A DNA stretch of 64,000 nucleotides, taken from NCBI GenBank assembly GCA_049970175.1, contig JBMFNL010000009.1:238-64237 (forward strand), read 5' to 3'. Of this stretch, positions 48,332 to 57,285 are shown one piece after another; the first letter of the stretch is position 1; every line of letters begins with the position of its first letter. The translations under genes and the position numbers were made by a program. Source of the DNA: Chloroflexia bacterium (GTDB lineage Bacteria; Chloroflexota; Chloroflexia; DTKN01). The notes under the pieces are model-generated. The model saw only the letters and a list, made by a program, of their open reading frames with translations. It was not told the DNA's origin and made no database searches.

Positions 48332-49672
48332 CTAGGGCCGCCAGACGTTCTTCAGGTAGTTGGGCAGGTCCACGGCTTCCCGCGGCCCCACCAGGATTTC
48401 CCAGCCCGGCAGTTCGTCCTCCAGTTCGCCCAGGAGGGAGGAAACGTAGCCGGGGATGACCAGTTTGCGGTGGGCCAGTCGGGAGGCCGCGTCGTACTCC
48501 TTGACCGTCTTGGCGATCTTTTCGGCGTCGAACTTGCCGGCCGCCCAGGCGGTAAGCACGCTCATGCCCTCCGAATCGGCGATCAGGAGCCAGGAGGGGA
48601 CGCCGCTGCCCTCGACCTCGCCGGCCACGGTAAAGTAGGTGAGGGAGAAGTTGGTCGTGACCAGCAGGGGGGACTTGTCCCCGGGGCTGCCGATCTCGTA
48701 GAGGCCCGGGCTGACCTGGATGGGCTTCTGCGGGTCGGTATAGATGTTCAGACGCAGCGTCAGGAGCGGGTAGATGAGGGAGGGAGAAAAGTGGTCCAGG
48801 ACGATCAGGCCGGCATACTTGGCCACGTGTTCGGCGGCGATGACCATCTCGTCCAGCGGATCGGCGGCCTCTTCCCCGGGAAAGGTGATGATGGGATAGC
48901 CCAACGGGCGAAAGTTCTTCTTTAGGGCCAGGCGGCGCAGGTGGGTCAGGACGTGCAGCGTCTCCAGGAGGTCCCGGCTTCCCGGATCCAGCACCAGGTC
49001 CTCGACGCCGGCGGCCTTGAGTTTCTCGGTCAGAACGGCCAGGCCGTCCAGGTCGCCGTCGCGCACGGCCAGCGGCAGGCCGGTTTCCTTGGCCAGGGCG
49101 GCCATGGCCTCCCAGTTCTCCGGCGTGGCCGCATAGAGGAGAGGACGTTTGCCTCCCTCCACAGCCAGGGCGGCCCGGAGGGCGGCCACATCGTGGCTCA
49201 TCAGAATCAGGGGTTTAGAGGAAAGGCTGCGCACCTTCTGCACACAGGCGGCGAAAGTTTCGGGCGAGCCGGAGGCGTTCTCCACGGCCAGCCCGTTCAG
49301 CCCCAGCGTCATCCCCACCCGTTCGACGCTGTAGGCCAAGGCCGGCCCGGCCAGCGCGGCGACATCGTCGGTATCTTTCACGCGCAGGAAGAGGCCCGGC
49401 GGGTGGTAAAAGGTCTTCTCATGGCGAAAGAGCACCGTCTCGTTCCCGACCTCGACCTTGTGCTCGCCCTCGCCGATGGCCACCAGGCGGATGGGCGGAG
49501 CCGCCGCAGCCGCCAGGGCCTCCTTGGCCTGCTCCGAGACGTAGGGGCAGGCGCTCAGTTCCACCTGCTTCTGGGCCAGTTTCATGGCAAAGGCCAGGCA
49601 GGTGGGAAAGCCGCACTCTTTACAGTTCGTCTTGGGCAAGAGTTTGTAGATTTCCAGACCGCTCAGTGCCAT
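48332..49672 (-). CDS. acsC: Corrinoid iron-sulfur protein large subunit (CODH/ACS gamma)
   Basis: LPKTNCKECGFPTCLAFA..L...CP; LFRHEKTF; NIYTDPQKP; TTNFSLTYF; SVLTAWAAGKF. Confidence 0.93.
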   Translation of the reverse strand: MALSGLEIYKLLPKTNCKECGFPTCLAFAMKLAQKQVELSACPYVSEQAKEALAAAAAPPIRLVAIGEGEHKVEVGNETVLFRHEKTFYHPPGLFLRVKDTDDVAALAGPALAYSVERVGMTLGLNGLAVENASGSPETFAACVQKVRSLSSKPLILMSHDVAALRAALAVEGGKRPLLYAATPENWEAMAALAKETGLPLAVRDGDLDGLAVLTEKLKAAGVEDLVLDPGSRDLLETLHVLTHLRRLALKKNFRPLGYPIITFPGEEAADPLDEMVIAAEHVAKYAGLIVLDHFSPSLIYPLLTLRLNIYTDPQKPIQVSPGLYEIGSPGDKSPLLVTTNFSLTYFTVAGEVEGSGVPSWLLIADSEGMSVLTAWAAGKFDAEKIAKTVKEYDAASRLAHRKLVIPGYVSSLLGELEDELPGWEILVGPREAVDLPNYLKNVWRP

Positions 49673-49674
49673 GG

Positions 49675-50646
49675 CTAGGCCTCCTTTTGCCCCATCAGCC
49701 GGTCGATGACGCGCACGACCCGCTGAATCGTCTCGGGATGGCGCAGCACCAGGATGTCGGCCCCGGCCAGCAGGAGGGCGGTGGCGGTGGCGACCTCCCA
49801 GGCGACGGCCCGCTCTCGGAAATCGCCCCAGGCCTCCGGGACCCCCTGGCCGACCTTGGACTCTTTCTGCCGCCAGGACTCGAAGCCGGCCGTACAGATA
49901 AAGGGCAACTGGGTCAGGCGGTCGCCGGTGAGGGCGGCGATCCGCAGGCGCTCCATCACCGAATAGGTGTACTCCAGGCCGTAGCCCAGCGCCCCGGTGG
50001 TGGGATCGATCAGGATCCGTTCCAGGGGGAGCCCCATATCGCTGATGAGGATGTTCAGTTGCTTGGCCAGGTTTACGTCAATGGGCGAACTGGCGATGAC
50101 CAGGTGCTTGTGGGCCAGGGCCGCAGCAACGATGGTGCGATAGTTCTTGTCCTCGCACAGGCCCAGCACCAGCCGTTCTCCGGCGGCGGCCTCGGCTACC
50201 GCGACCAGGACCTCGTTATCGGCCTCCGGCTGGCCCGGCCCCAGCACGATGAGCGGCACATCCACGGCCTTCAGCACGGCCTGCACCGTCCGGACCGCCT
50301 CCTGCGGGGAGCGGCCGTCCTTATCGGGATGGCAGCCCTCCAGGCGCAGGGCCACCAGGCTGGCCCCCAGGGAGACCCCTCGGGCGGCCCAGGCGGCGGG
50401 ATCGCTCAGGACGTCCCCCCAGGCCTCCAGGAGGAGCGGGGACCAGTCGTCCGGCCGTCTGTCGAGCACCTCTACGGCGACGACGGGGCGGTGGGGGATG
50501 GCCCCCTCATAGTGCAGGAAGGGCAGGGTGCTTTCGCCTCCCACGGTGACCGTGCGGCCACGGGTGCCGCCCTCGGCGGGGGTGGCGCCCAGAGTCACCT
50601 CGAGGACCCGGCCGCTCCAGGCCTCTTTCGGAATCTCTACCGGCAT
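49675..50646 (-). CDS. acsD: Corrinoid iron-sulfur protein small subunit (CODH/ACS delta)
   Basis: VTVGGESTLPF..YEG; SPIDVNLAKQLNILI; DPTTGALGYGLEYTYSVMERLR.AAL.GD; WE..TA. Confidence 0.92.
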   Translation of the reverse strand: MPVEIPKEAWSGRVLEVTLGATPAEGGTRGRTVTVGGESTLPFLHYEGAIPHRPVVAVEVLDRRPDDWSPLLLEAWGDVLSDPAAWAARGVSLGASLVALRLEGCHPDKDGRSPQEAVRTVQAVLKAVDVPLIVLGPGQPEADNEVLVAVAEAAAGERLVLGLCEDKNYRTIVAAALAHKHLVIASSPIDVNLAKQLNILISDMGLPLERILIDPTTGALGYGLEYTYSVMERLRIAALTGDRLTQLPFICTAGFESWRQKESKVGQGVPEAWGDFRERAVAWEVATATALLLAGADILVLRHPETIQRVVRVIDRLMGQKEA

Positions 50647-50666
50647 TGTTCCAGCCCTCCTTTGCG

Positions 50667-51116
50667 CTATTCGGCTCGTTCCGAAGGTTCCGCAGCCGGC
50701 CTTTCCCACAGCCACGGCCGGCCCCACATGGCATCAATGACGTCGGTGGTCGAGATCACGCCCAGAGGAATCTTTTCGCCGCCCTCCTCGCTGCAGACGA
50801 GCAGGCGGTGTACGCGGTGCTTCAGCATCATCTCCACCGCTTCCGAGAGGTAAGCCTCCGGGCGGATGCTCAGCACCTCCCGGGTCATCACGTCCTCGGC
50901 CTTGAGGGCGTAGAGGTCCTGGCCAAAGGCCCGCAGCATGTCCATATGCGAAACCACCCCCAGGGCGTGGCCCTGCTCGTTCACGACGATCAGGGCGTGC
51001 ACATCGGTGGCGTTCATAATGCGGGCGACTTCCTTGAGGGCGGTATCCGGGCTGCAGGTGATGACTCCCCGGTGCATCACCTCGCGCACGGCGGTCCTTT
51101 GCAGATAATCCGGCAC
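50667..51116 (-). CDS. CBS-domain pair protein
   Basis: VREVMHRGVITC.PD; EDVMTREVLSI.P; HRLLV; GVISTTDV; GTG start after GAGGAGG. Confidence 0.85.
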   Translation of the reverse strand: MPDYLQRTAVREVMHRGVITCSPDTALKEVARIMNATDVHALIVVNEQGHALGVVSHMDMLRAFGQDLYALKAEDVMTREVLSIRPEAYLSEAVEMMLKHRVHRLLVCSEEGGEKIPLGVISTTDVIDAMWGRPWLWERPAAEPSERAE

Positions 51117-51220
51117 GGCCTTCCTCCTCACTTACCGTTCATACCTTGGCACACCGGCCCGTCGGGCGATCTGGGGAGCCGTCCTCGCTCCGGTCGCCGC
51201 CTCGGGCCCTCACTTTGGGT

Positions 51221-51280
51221 ATTGTACTACAACCGCTTTTCTCCTGCAAATTTGCGCGTTCGGGCCGGATGGAGTATAAT
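51221..51280. promoter_or_regulatory. Overlapping divergent sigma70 promoters (CBS-acsD-acsC and greA-lysS)
   Basis: Minus: TTGCAG, 17 bp, TACAAT (51249-51221); plus: TTGCGC, 17 bp, TATAAT (51252-51280). Confidence 0.6.
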
Positions 51281-51384
51281 TCAATGCCGGGCAGGTCGAG
51301 ACAGGTGGCCGGCCCAGGCCGGACGGGCATTGGACATGCCCGTTTTCCCTTCTTTGGCGGGCCGACGGGTGCCCACGGAGCGGT

Positions 51385-51867
51385 TTGGATGGGCAGGAGA
51401 CAGCGGTGACACCGACGTTTTTGACCCGAGAAGGCTTGCAGAAACTGCAGGAAGAACTGGAGCAGTTGCGCACGGAAGGGCGCCGGAAGGCGGCCCAGCG
51501 CATCCGGGAGGCCAAGTCCCACGGCGATGTCCGTGAAAGCGGCGAATATGAGGATGCCAAAGAGTTCCAGGCCTTTGTGGAGGGACGCATCCGTGAACTG
51601 GAACTTTTGCTGGCCGACGTCCAGGTGATCGAAGAGGTGGAAGGGGCGGAGGTGGTGCACCTGGGATCGCGGGTGCGCACCCGGGATAGCGAGGGCTATG
51701 AGGAGGTCTGGACCCTGGTGGGTTCGGCCGAGGCCGACCCGCGCAACGGGCGCATCTCCAACGAGTCGCCGGTGGGGCGGGCGCTCCTGGGCCGGCGGGT
51801 GGGGGAAACGGTGGAGGTGCAGACGCCGGCCGGCGTCACCCGCTTGACGATTCTGGAAATCGGCTGA
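51385..51867 (+). CDS. greA: Transcription elongation factor GreA (start may be GTG 51406)
   Basis: LTREG..KL.EEL; HGDVRESGEYEDAK; ISNESPVGRALLG. Confidence 0.93.
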   Translation: MDGQETAVTPTFLTREGLQKLQEELEQLRTEGRRKAAQRIREAKSHGDVRESGEYEDAKEFQAFVEGRIRELELLLADVQVIEEVEGAEVVHLGSRVRTRDSEGYEEVWTLVGSAEADPRNGRISNESPVGRALLGRRVGETVEVQTPAGVTRLTILEIG

Positions 51868-51883
51868 ACGCCCGAGGTGCCGG

Positions 51884-53626
51884 GTGGACCTGAACGAATA
51901 CCAGCGACAGCGCCTGGAAAAGGTCCGGGAGTTACGCCGGCGGGGCATTGACCCCTATCCGGCGCGTTGCCGGCGCACCCACAGCGTGGCCCAACTCTGG
52001 TCCGAACTGGCCTTCCCTGCCGAACCGGTCCAACTCCGCGGCCGGATTCAGCAGGGGGAAGCCGGGTACAACCTGCTCGTCGAGGGCGAGCGCCTGCTCC
52101 TGCTTGCCCTTCCGGAGGGGTTTGTGCCTCCGGATGAAGCGGTGGCCTGTGGGGGAAGGCTGACGCTGGCTCCCAGCGGCCGCCTGGCGCTGGAGGTACA
52201 GGCCTGGGGGGAGAGCCTGCCGGACCGGTTTCGCCCCATCACCCTGGCCCAGGCCCGCGAGATGGGCCGGACCGGGCCGGAAGAGGTCGTCCTCACCGGC
52301 CGGCTGACCGGGGGCATCCGCACGATGGGGAAGGTCACCTTCGTGGACCTGGAGGACGGAAGCGTCCTGGAGCGCGACCACGGCTTCTTCTGTCCCCACA
52401 TCCAGTTGTTTCTCAACCAGGCCGTCCTGGGGGAAGAGGCGTATGCCGGCTTTGCCCGCGACTTTGACCCCGGCGACTTTGTAGAGGCGGCCGGCCGGCC
52501 CTTCTTCACCCGACTGGGCCAGTTCAGCCTCCAGGTCACCTCCATCCGGATGCTTTCCAAGGCCCTCAACCCCCCGCCGGAAAAGTACCACGGCCTCACC
52601 GATGTGGAAAAGCGCCTGCGCGAACGCTATGCCGACCTCCTGGCCAACGAGGAGGTGCGCCACCGCTTCCGCATCCGGGCCCGCATCCTCCAGGCCGTCC
52701 GCCGCTTCCTGGACGAGCGCGGCTTCCTGGAGGTGGAAACGCCCATCCTCCAGCCGATCTACGGCGGGGCCGCCGCCCGGCCCTTTATCACCCACCATAA
52801 CCAACTGGACCAGGACCTCTACCTGCGCATCTCCTTCGAACTCTACCTGAAGCGGCTGCTCGTCGGCATGTACGAGCGGGTCTATGAGATCGGCCACGAT
52901 TTTCGCAACGAAGGAGTGGACCGGGTCCATAACCCCGAATTCACCCAGTTGGAACTCTACCAGGCCTATGCCGACTACCAGGACATCATGCGCCTGATGG
53001 AAGAAATGGTGGCCTATGTGGCCCGGGAGGTGGCCGGAAGCACCCGCATCGTCTATCAGGGGCAGGAGATCGACCTGACCCCGCCCTGGCGGCGGATTCC
53101 TCTCCTGGAAGCCATTCGGGAAGCCACGGGGATTGACGTGGAGGCCTACCCCGAGGTCGAAAGCCTCCGCGCCGCCGCCCGTTCCCTGGGGGCCTTGGTG
53201 GAGCCTGCGGCTACCCGGGGCAAGGTGGTGGACCTCCTTCTTTCCAACTATGTCGAGCCGGCCCTGATTCAACCCACCTTCCTCTACGACTACCCGCTGG
53301 AACTTTCCCCCCTGGCCAAACGCCGGCCCGACCGCCCCGAGATGGTGGAACGCTTCGAGGGCTTTGCCGGCGGGATGGAACTGTGCAACGCCTTCAGCGA
53401 ACTGAACGACCCGCTGGATCAGGAGGAGCGCTTCCTGGCCCAGGGGCGGGCCCGCGAGAGCGGCGACGAGGAGGCCCACCCGATGGACCGGGATTACCTC
53501 AACGCCCTGATGTACGGCCTTCCCCCTACCGGCGGCCTGGGCGTGGGCATCGACCGGCTGGCTATGCTCTTTACCGATCAGACGACGATACGGGAGGTCA
53601 TCCTCTTTCCCCACCTGCGGACGTAG
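51884..53626 (+). CDS. lysS: Lysyl-tRNA synthetase class II with an N-terminal insertion
   Basis: GIDPYP; FLEVETPIL; GGAAARPF.THHN; YLRIS.ELYLKRL; FRNEG; HNPEFT; GLPPTGGLGVGIDRL. Confidence 0.95.
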   Translation: MDLNEYQRQRLEKVRELRRRGIDPYPARCRRTHSVAQLWSELAFPAEPVQLRGRIQQGEAGYNLLVEGERLLLLALPEGFVPPDEAVACGGRLTLAPSGRLALEVQAWGESLPDRFRPITLAQAREMGRTGPEEVVLTGRLTGGIRTMGKVTFVDLEDGSVLERDHGFFCPHIQLFLNQAVLGEEAYAGFARDFDPGDFVEAAGRPFFTRLGQFSLQVTSIRMLSKALNPPPEKYHGLTDVEKRLRERYADLLANEEVRHRFRIRARILQAVRRFLDERGFLEVETPILQPIYGGAAARPFITHHNQLDQDLYLRISFELYLKRLLVGMYERVYEIGHDFRNEGVDRVHNPEFTQLELYQAYADYQDIMRLMEEMVAYVAREVAGSTRIVYQGQEIDLTPPWRRIPLLEAIREATGIDVEAYPEVESLRAAARSLGALVEPAATRGKVVDLLLSNYVEPALIQPTFLYDYPLELSPLAKRRPDRPEMVERFEGFAGGMELCNAFSELNDPLDQEERFLAQGRARESGDEEAHPMDRDYLNALMYGLPPTGGLGVGIDRLAMLFTDQTTIREVILFPHLRT

Positions 53627-53646
53627 GGTGTGTTTCGTGTTGCGTG

Positions 53647-54849
53647 TTACGTGGTAGACGGGAGGGAGCGGGCGAAAGCGGCGCCAAAGGCCAGGCCGCG
53701 CTCCAGTTCTTCCTCGGTGGGTGCGCCGGCCCATTCCAGGGTATCCCAAACCGCCCAACCCAGCCCTTCGGCCAGGGCCTCCAACTCCTTCTGCGCCCCG
53801 CCGCTCCAGCCGTAACTGCCGAAGCGGGCCACCTGCTTGTTGCGGATGCCCTTGCGCCGGGCGATGTCCAGGACGTGGACCATCGGGGGAAAGAGTCCCG
53901 CCTCATAGGTGGGAGCGCCGATCATGACGCCGCTGTAGGTCCAGAGGGCCGGCAGGATATAACTGACGTGGGTGCGGGTCACGTCAAAGATCTCCAGCGG
54001 GACGCCCTCCCGGGAGATGCCCTGGGCCACGGCGTTCATCATCTTCTCGGTGTGGCCGTACATCGAACCGTAAAGCAAGGTGACGCCCCGTTCTCCTGGA
54101 CCGGCGGCATAGCCGGCCCAGCGGCGATACAACTCGAGGATGCGGCCGGGGTCCCGGCGCCAGATCAGGCCATGGGAGGGGGCGATCATGGCGATCGGCA
54201 GGGGAGCCAGCCGTTCGATGGCCCGCAACACCATGCGGCTGAATTTGGCCACGATGTTGGCATAGTAGCGGAGGGCCTCTTTTTCATAGAACGCCAGGTC
54301 CGTGCATTCGTCATCGAAGATGCCCCCGCGCAGGGCCCCGTATCCTCCGAAGCCGTCGCAGGAGAAAAGGACGCGGTGGGTGGTCTCGTAGGTCATCATG
54401 GTCTCGGGCCAGTGGACGAACGGTGTAGAAACGAACCGGAGCGTCCGCCGGCCCAGGGGAAGGGTTTCGCCGTCCTGGACCGGTCGGAAGTTCTCCGTGA
54501 CTCCATAGAACGTCTTCAGCAGTCCCCCGGTCTTTTCGCTGCCCAGGATGGTCGCCTGGGGGGCCAGGCGCAGGAGCATGCGCAGGACACCGGTGTGGTC
54601 CGGCTCCATGTGGTTGATGACGATGTAATCGAGCGCTTGCAAGGGGATAACGCTGCTCACCTGATCGAAGAACTCGTCCGTCTTGAAGGCCTTGGCCAGA
54701 TCCACGATGGCCCGCTTCTCGTCGCGGATCAGGTAGGCGTTGTAGGAAACGCCCTCCTGGGTGATCGGCCAGAGGCCCTCGAAGAGGTCGGTGGTGCGGT
54801 CGTTGACGCCAACCCAGAAGACATCCGGGCAAATCTCGATGGCCGGCAT
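53647..54849 (-). CDS. Flavodiiron protein (FprA/NorV-like)
   Basis: GVSYNAYLI; NHMEPDH; HWPETM; LFSCDGFG; IAPSHG; YGSMYGHT; FGSYGWSG. Confidence 0.92.
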   Translation of the reverse strand: MPAIEICPDVFWVGVNDRTTDLFEGLWPITQEGVSYNAYLIRDEKRAIVDLAKAFKTDEFFDQVSSVIPLQALDYIVINHMEPDHTGVLRMLLRLAPQATILGSEKTGGLLKTFYGVTENFRPVQDGETLPLGRRTLRFVSTPFVHWPETMMTYETTHRVLFSCDGFGGYGALRGGIFDDECTDLAFYEKEALRYYANIVAKFSRMVLRAIERLAPLPIAMIAPSHGLIWRRDPGRILELYRRWAGYAAGPGERGVTLLYGSMYGHTEKMMNAVAQGISREGVPLEIFDVTRTHVSYILPALWTYSGVMIGAPTYEAGLFPPMVHVLDIARRKGIRNKQVARFGSYGWSGGAQKELEALAEGLGWAVWDTLEWAGAPTEEELERGLAFGAAFARSLPSTT

Positions 54850-54919
54850 GGAAGCCTCCTGCATCCTATCGGAACGCCCGCCGCCATTTGTGCTCTGGGG
54901 CACATTGCCGTATGAGGCC

Positions 54920-54998
54920 ATTATATCCCCAGGAAGCGATCCGGGCAAATCGGCACGGCGGCGCTCCATTTGCATCCCGGCCGGAGATGGTGTACAAT
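54920..54998. promoter_or_regulatory. Divergent sigma70 promoters (fprA-like gene and GT4)
   Basis: Minus: TTGCCC, 17 bp, TATAAT (54948-54920); plus: TTGCAT, 17 bp, TACAAT (54970-54998). Confidence 0.6.
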
Positions 54999-55045
54999 GC
55001 CGGCCGCCTGATGTCCGGCAGAAAAACGAATCGGGAGACGTGGGA

Positions 55046-56203
55046 ATGAAGATTCTGTTCGTGTTGACCTATTACGCGCCGCACCGCACCGGCCTGACCA
55101 TCCACGTCCAGCGCGTGGCCGAGGCGCTGGCCCGTCGCGGGCATCAGGCCACGGTGCTTACCTCGCGTTACCGGCCGGAATTGCCCCGCGACGAAATGAT
55201 CAACGGGGTGCGGGTGATTCGGCTGTGGAGCCTCATGCGCCTCAGCCGCACCCAGGTCATGCCGGCCTTTCCGCTGGCCGCCTGGCGGCTCATCGCCCGG
55301 AACGACGTCATCAACATCCACACCCCCCTTCCGGAAGCCAGCCTGATGGCCTTGTTCTCCCGCCTGCAGCACAAGCCGCTCGTCATCACCCACCACGGCG
55401 ACGCCGTCCTGCCGGCCGGCTGGCATAACCGGCTGATCGAGTTCCTCGTCTTCCGCGTTTATCGCGCGGCGGCCCGCTACGCCCACGCGGTCATCGGCTA
55501 CAGCCAGGACTATGCCGAGCACTCGGCCTACCTGCGCCCGTTTCTGCCCAAAGTGGAGGTCATCTATCCGCCGATCGCCGTTCCCCGGCCCGACCCGGCC
55601 GGGGTGGCGGCCATGCGCCGGCGCTATGGGCTGGAAGGGAAGACGGTCATCGGCTACGCCGGCCGCTTCGTGGAGGAAAAGCGGCCCGACCTCCTCATCC
55701 GGGCCATCCCCTACCTCCTGGAGCGTTTCCCGAACCTGTGCATCGCCTTCGCCGGCGAATACCTCATCCGCTACGAGAACTTTTACGAGCGCTGCCTGCC
55801 CCTGATCGAGCAGTACCGCGACCGGCTGGTTTTCCTCGGCCTGCTGACCGACCCCCAGGATATGGCCAACTTCTTCGCCCTCTGCGACGTCCTGGCCCTG
55901 CCCAGCGGGACGGAATGCTTCGGCATGGTCCAGGCCGAGGCCATGCTCTGCGGGACGCCGGTGGTGGTGAGCGATACCCCCGGGGCCCGGGAGGTGGTGC
56001 GCGTCACCGGCATGGGCGAGATCTTTCCCCGGGGCAATATCCCGGCACTGGCCGCCGCGCTGAGCCGGGTGTTGAACGGGCGGGAGCAGTACATCAAGCC
56101 GCCGGAGCAGATCGCGGCCACCTTTAGCCTGGAGCATACGGTGGACCGTTACGAGGCCGTCTTTCGGGCGGCGATGGCCGGGTCGAGCGGTGCCCGGCGT
56201 TGA
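55046..56203 (+). CDS. GT4 family glycosyltransferase
   Basis: MKILFVLTYY.PH; GYAGRFVEEK; LPSGTECFGMVQAEAMLCGTPVV. Confidence 0.88.
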   Translation: MKILFVLTYYAPHRTGLTIHVQRVAEALARRGHQATVLTSRYRPELPRDEMINGVRVIRLWSLMRLSRTQVMPAFPLAAWRLIARNDVINIHTPLPEASLMALFSRLQHKPLVITHHGDAVLPAGWHNRLIEFLVFRVYRAAARYAHAVIGYSQDYAEHSAYLRPFLPKVEVIYPPIAVPRPDPAGVAAMRRRYGLEGKTVIGYAGRFVEEKRPDLLIRAIPYLLERFPNLCIAFAGEYLIRYENFYERCLPLIEQYRDRLVFLGLLTDPQDMANFFALCDVLALPSGTECFGMVQAEAMLCGTPVVVSDTPGAREVVRVTGMGEIFPRGNIPALAAALSRVLNGREQYIKPPEQIAATFSLEHTVDRYEAVFRAAMAGSSGARR

Positions 56204-56210
56204 GGGCGGG

Positions 56211-57095
56211 ATGTCCCCCGAGCGGGTGCGGCCGATTCACACCCCCCAGCCGGATGAGCCGGCCTGGCTTGCACGGGCGCTCCGGCGGGAGGCCGACCTG
56301 GCTTTCCGCCGTCGGGTGCGCACCGTCCTGGCCTACCTGGAGCCCCAGCCCGGCGAGCGCATCCTGGATTGTGGCTGCGGGCGGGGCTTTTATCTCCTCT
56401 TCCTCAGCCGGCTGGTTCCCGGGGCCCGTCTCTACGGCCTGGACCGGGAACCCGGCGTCCTGCTTCAGGCCCAGCACCACCTGCCCTCCACGGTCCGCCT
56501 GGTACAGGCCGACGCCTGCCATCTCCCGTTCCCCGAAGGGTTTTTCGACAAGGCGATCCTCTCGGAACTTCTGGAGCACCTTCCGGACGACCGGGCCGGC
56601 CTGGCCGAAGTCTATCGCGTGCTGCGTCCCGGCGGGGTCCTGGCCGTCACGGTGCCCTGCCGCGATTACCCCTTCTGGTGGGATCCGGTCAACAAGGTGC
56701 GCGAACGGTTGGGCCGTCCACCGGTGCGCCGGGGCCTTTGGGCCGGCATCTGGGCCGACCACGAGCGACTCTATGGGGAGGAGGAACTCTGCCGGCGGGT
56801 ACAGGAGGCCGGCTTCCTCGTCGAGCGGATGGACCGTTTCACCCATTACTGCCTGCCCTTTACCCATAACCTGGTCTATGGGTTGGGGAAGGAGGCGCTG
56901 GAACGCGGCTGGTTGCCCGATTCCCTCGTCCGGCCGGCCGACCGCTTCCGCTATGCTGACGCGTCTTCCGCGCCCTGGAATCCCCTGACCTGGGCGCTGG
57001 CCCTCTTCAACCTGGTGGACCGCCTGAACGACCGTGCCGAAGGCTGCCGAACCCACGTCAACATCGCCTTGAAGGCCCGCCGGCCCGGCGATTGA
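56211..57095 (+). CDS. Class I SAM-dependent methyltransferase
   Basis: ILDCGCGRG; DACHLPFPEGFFD; ELLEHLPDD; RVLRPGG. Confidence 0.85.
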   Translation: MSPERVRPIHTPQPDEPAWLARALRREADLAFRRRVRTVLAYLEPQPGERILDCGCGRGFYLLFLSRLVPGARLYGLDREPGVLLQAQHHLPSTVRLVQADACHLPFPEGFFDKAILSELLEHLPDDRAGLAEVYRVLRPGGVLAVTVPCRDYPFWWDPVNKVRERLGRPPVRRGLWAGIWADHERLYGEEELCRRVQEAGFLVERMDRFTHYCLPFTHNLVYGLGKEALERGWLPDSLVRPADRFRYADASSAPWNPLTWALALFNLVDRLNDRAEGCRTHVNIALKARRPGD

Positions 57096-57155
57096 TTTCG
57101 ATACGGCCGTCGCTGCGCTTCGGCCTACTGCACACGGCGCCTCGCCCAACGACAA
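57093..57155. repeat. 63-bp REP-derived element, second copy
   Basis: 59/63 identical to 39969-40031. Confidence 0.85.
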
Positions 57156-57194
57156 CGCGCATCCGCCCTAAATACAGTTGAAGGTTAGCCAGGG

Positions 57195-57223
57195 TTGACC
57201 TTCCGGACAGAAGGGGGTAGAAT
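57195..57223 (+). promoter_or_regulatory. Sigma70 promoter for purB
   Basis: TTGACC, 17 bp, TAGAAT. Confidence 0.65.
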
Positions 57224-57285
57224 GGACCCGGGAACCGCTCGGATGTTGCCGGCTGGCTGGAGGATATTCTTGCCGAGGTGGCCCG

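Noticed and set aside
48332-49672. hgcA (mercury methylation)
   Set aside because: Has the N-terminal Fe-S domain and SVLTAWAAGK of AcsC, not the NVWCAAGK motif and TM tail of HgcA
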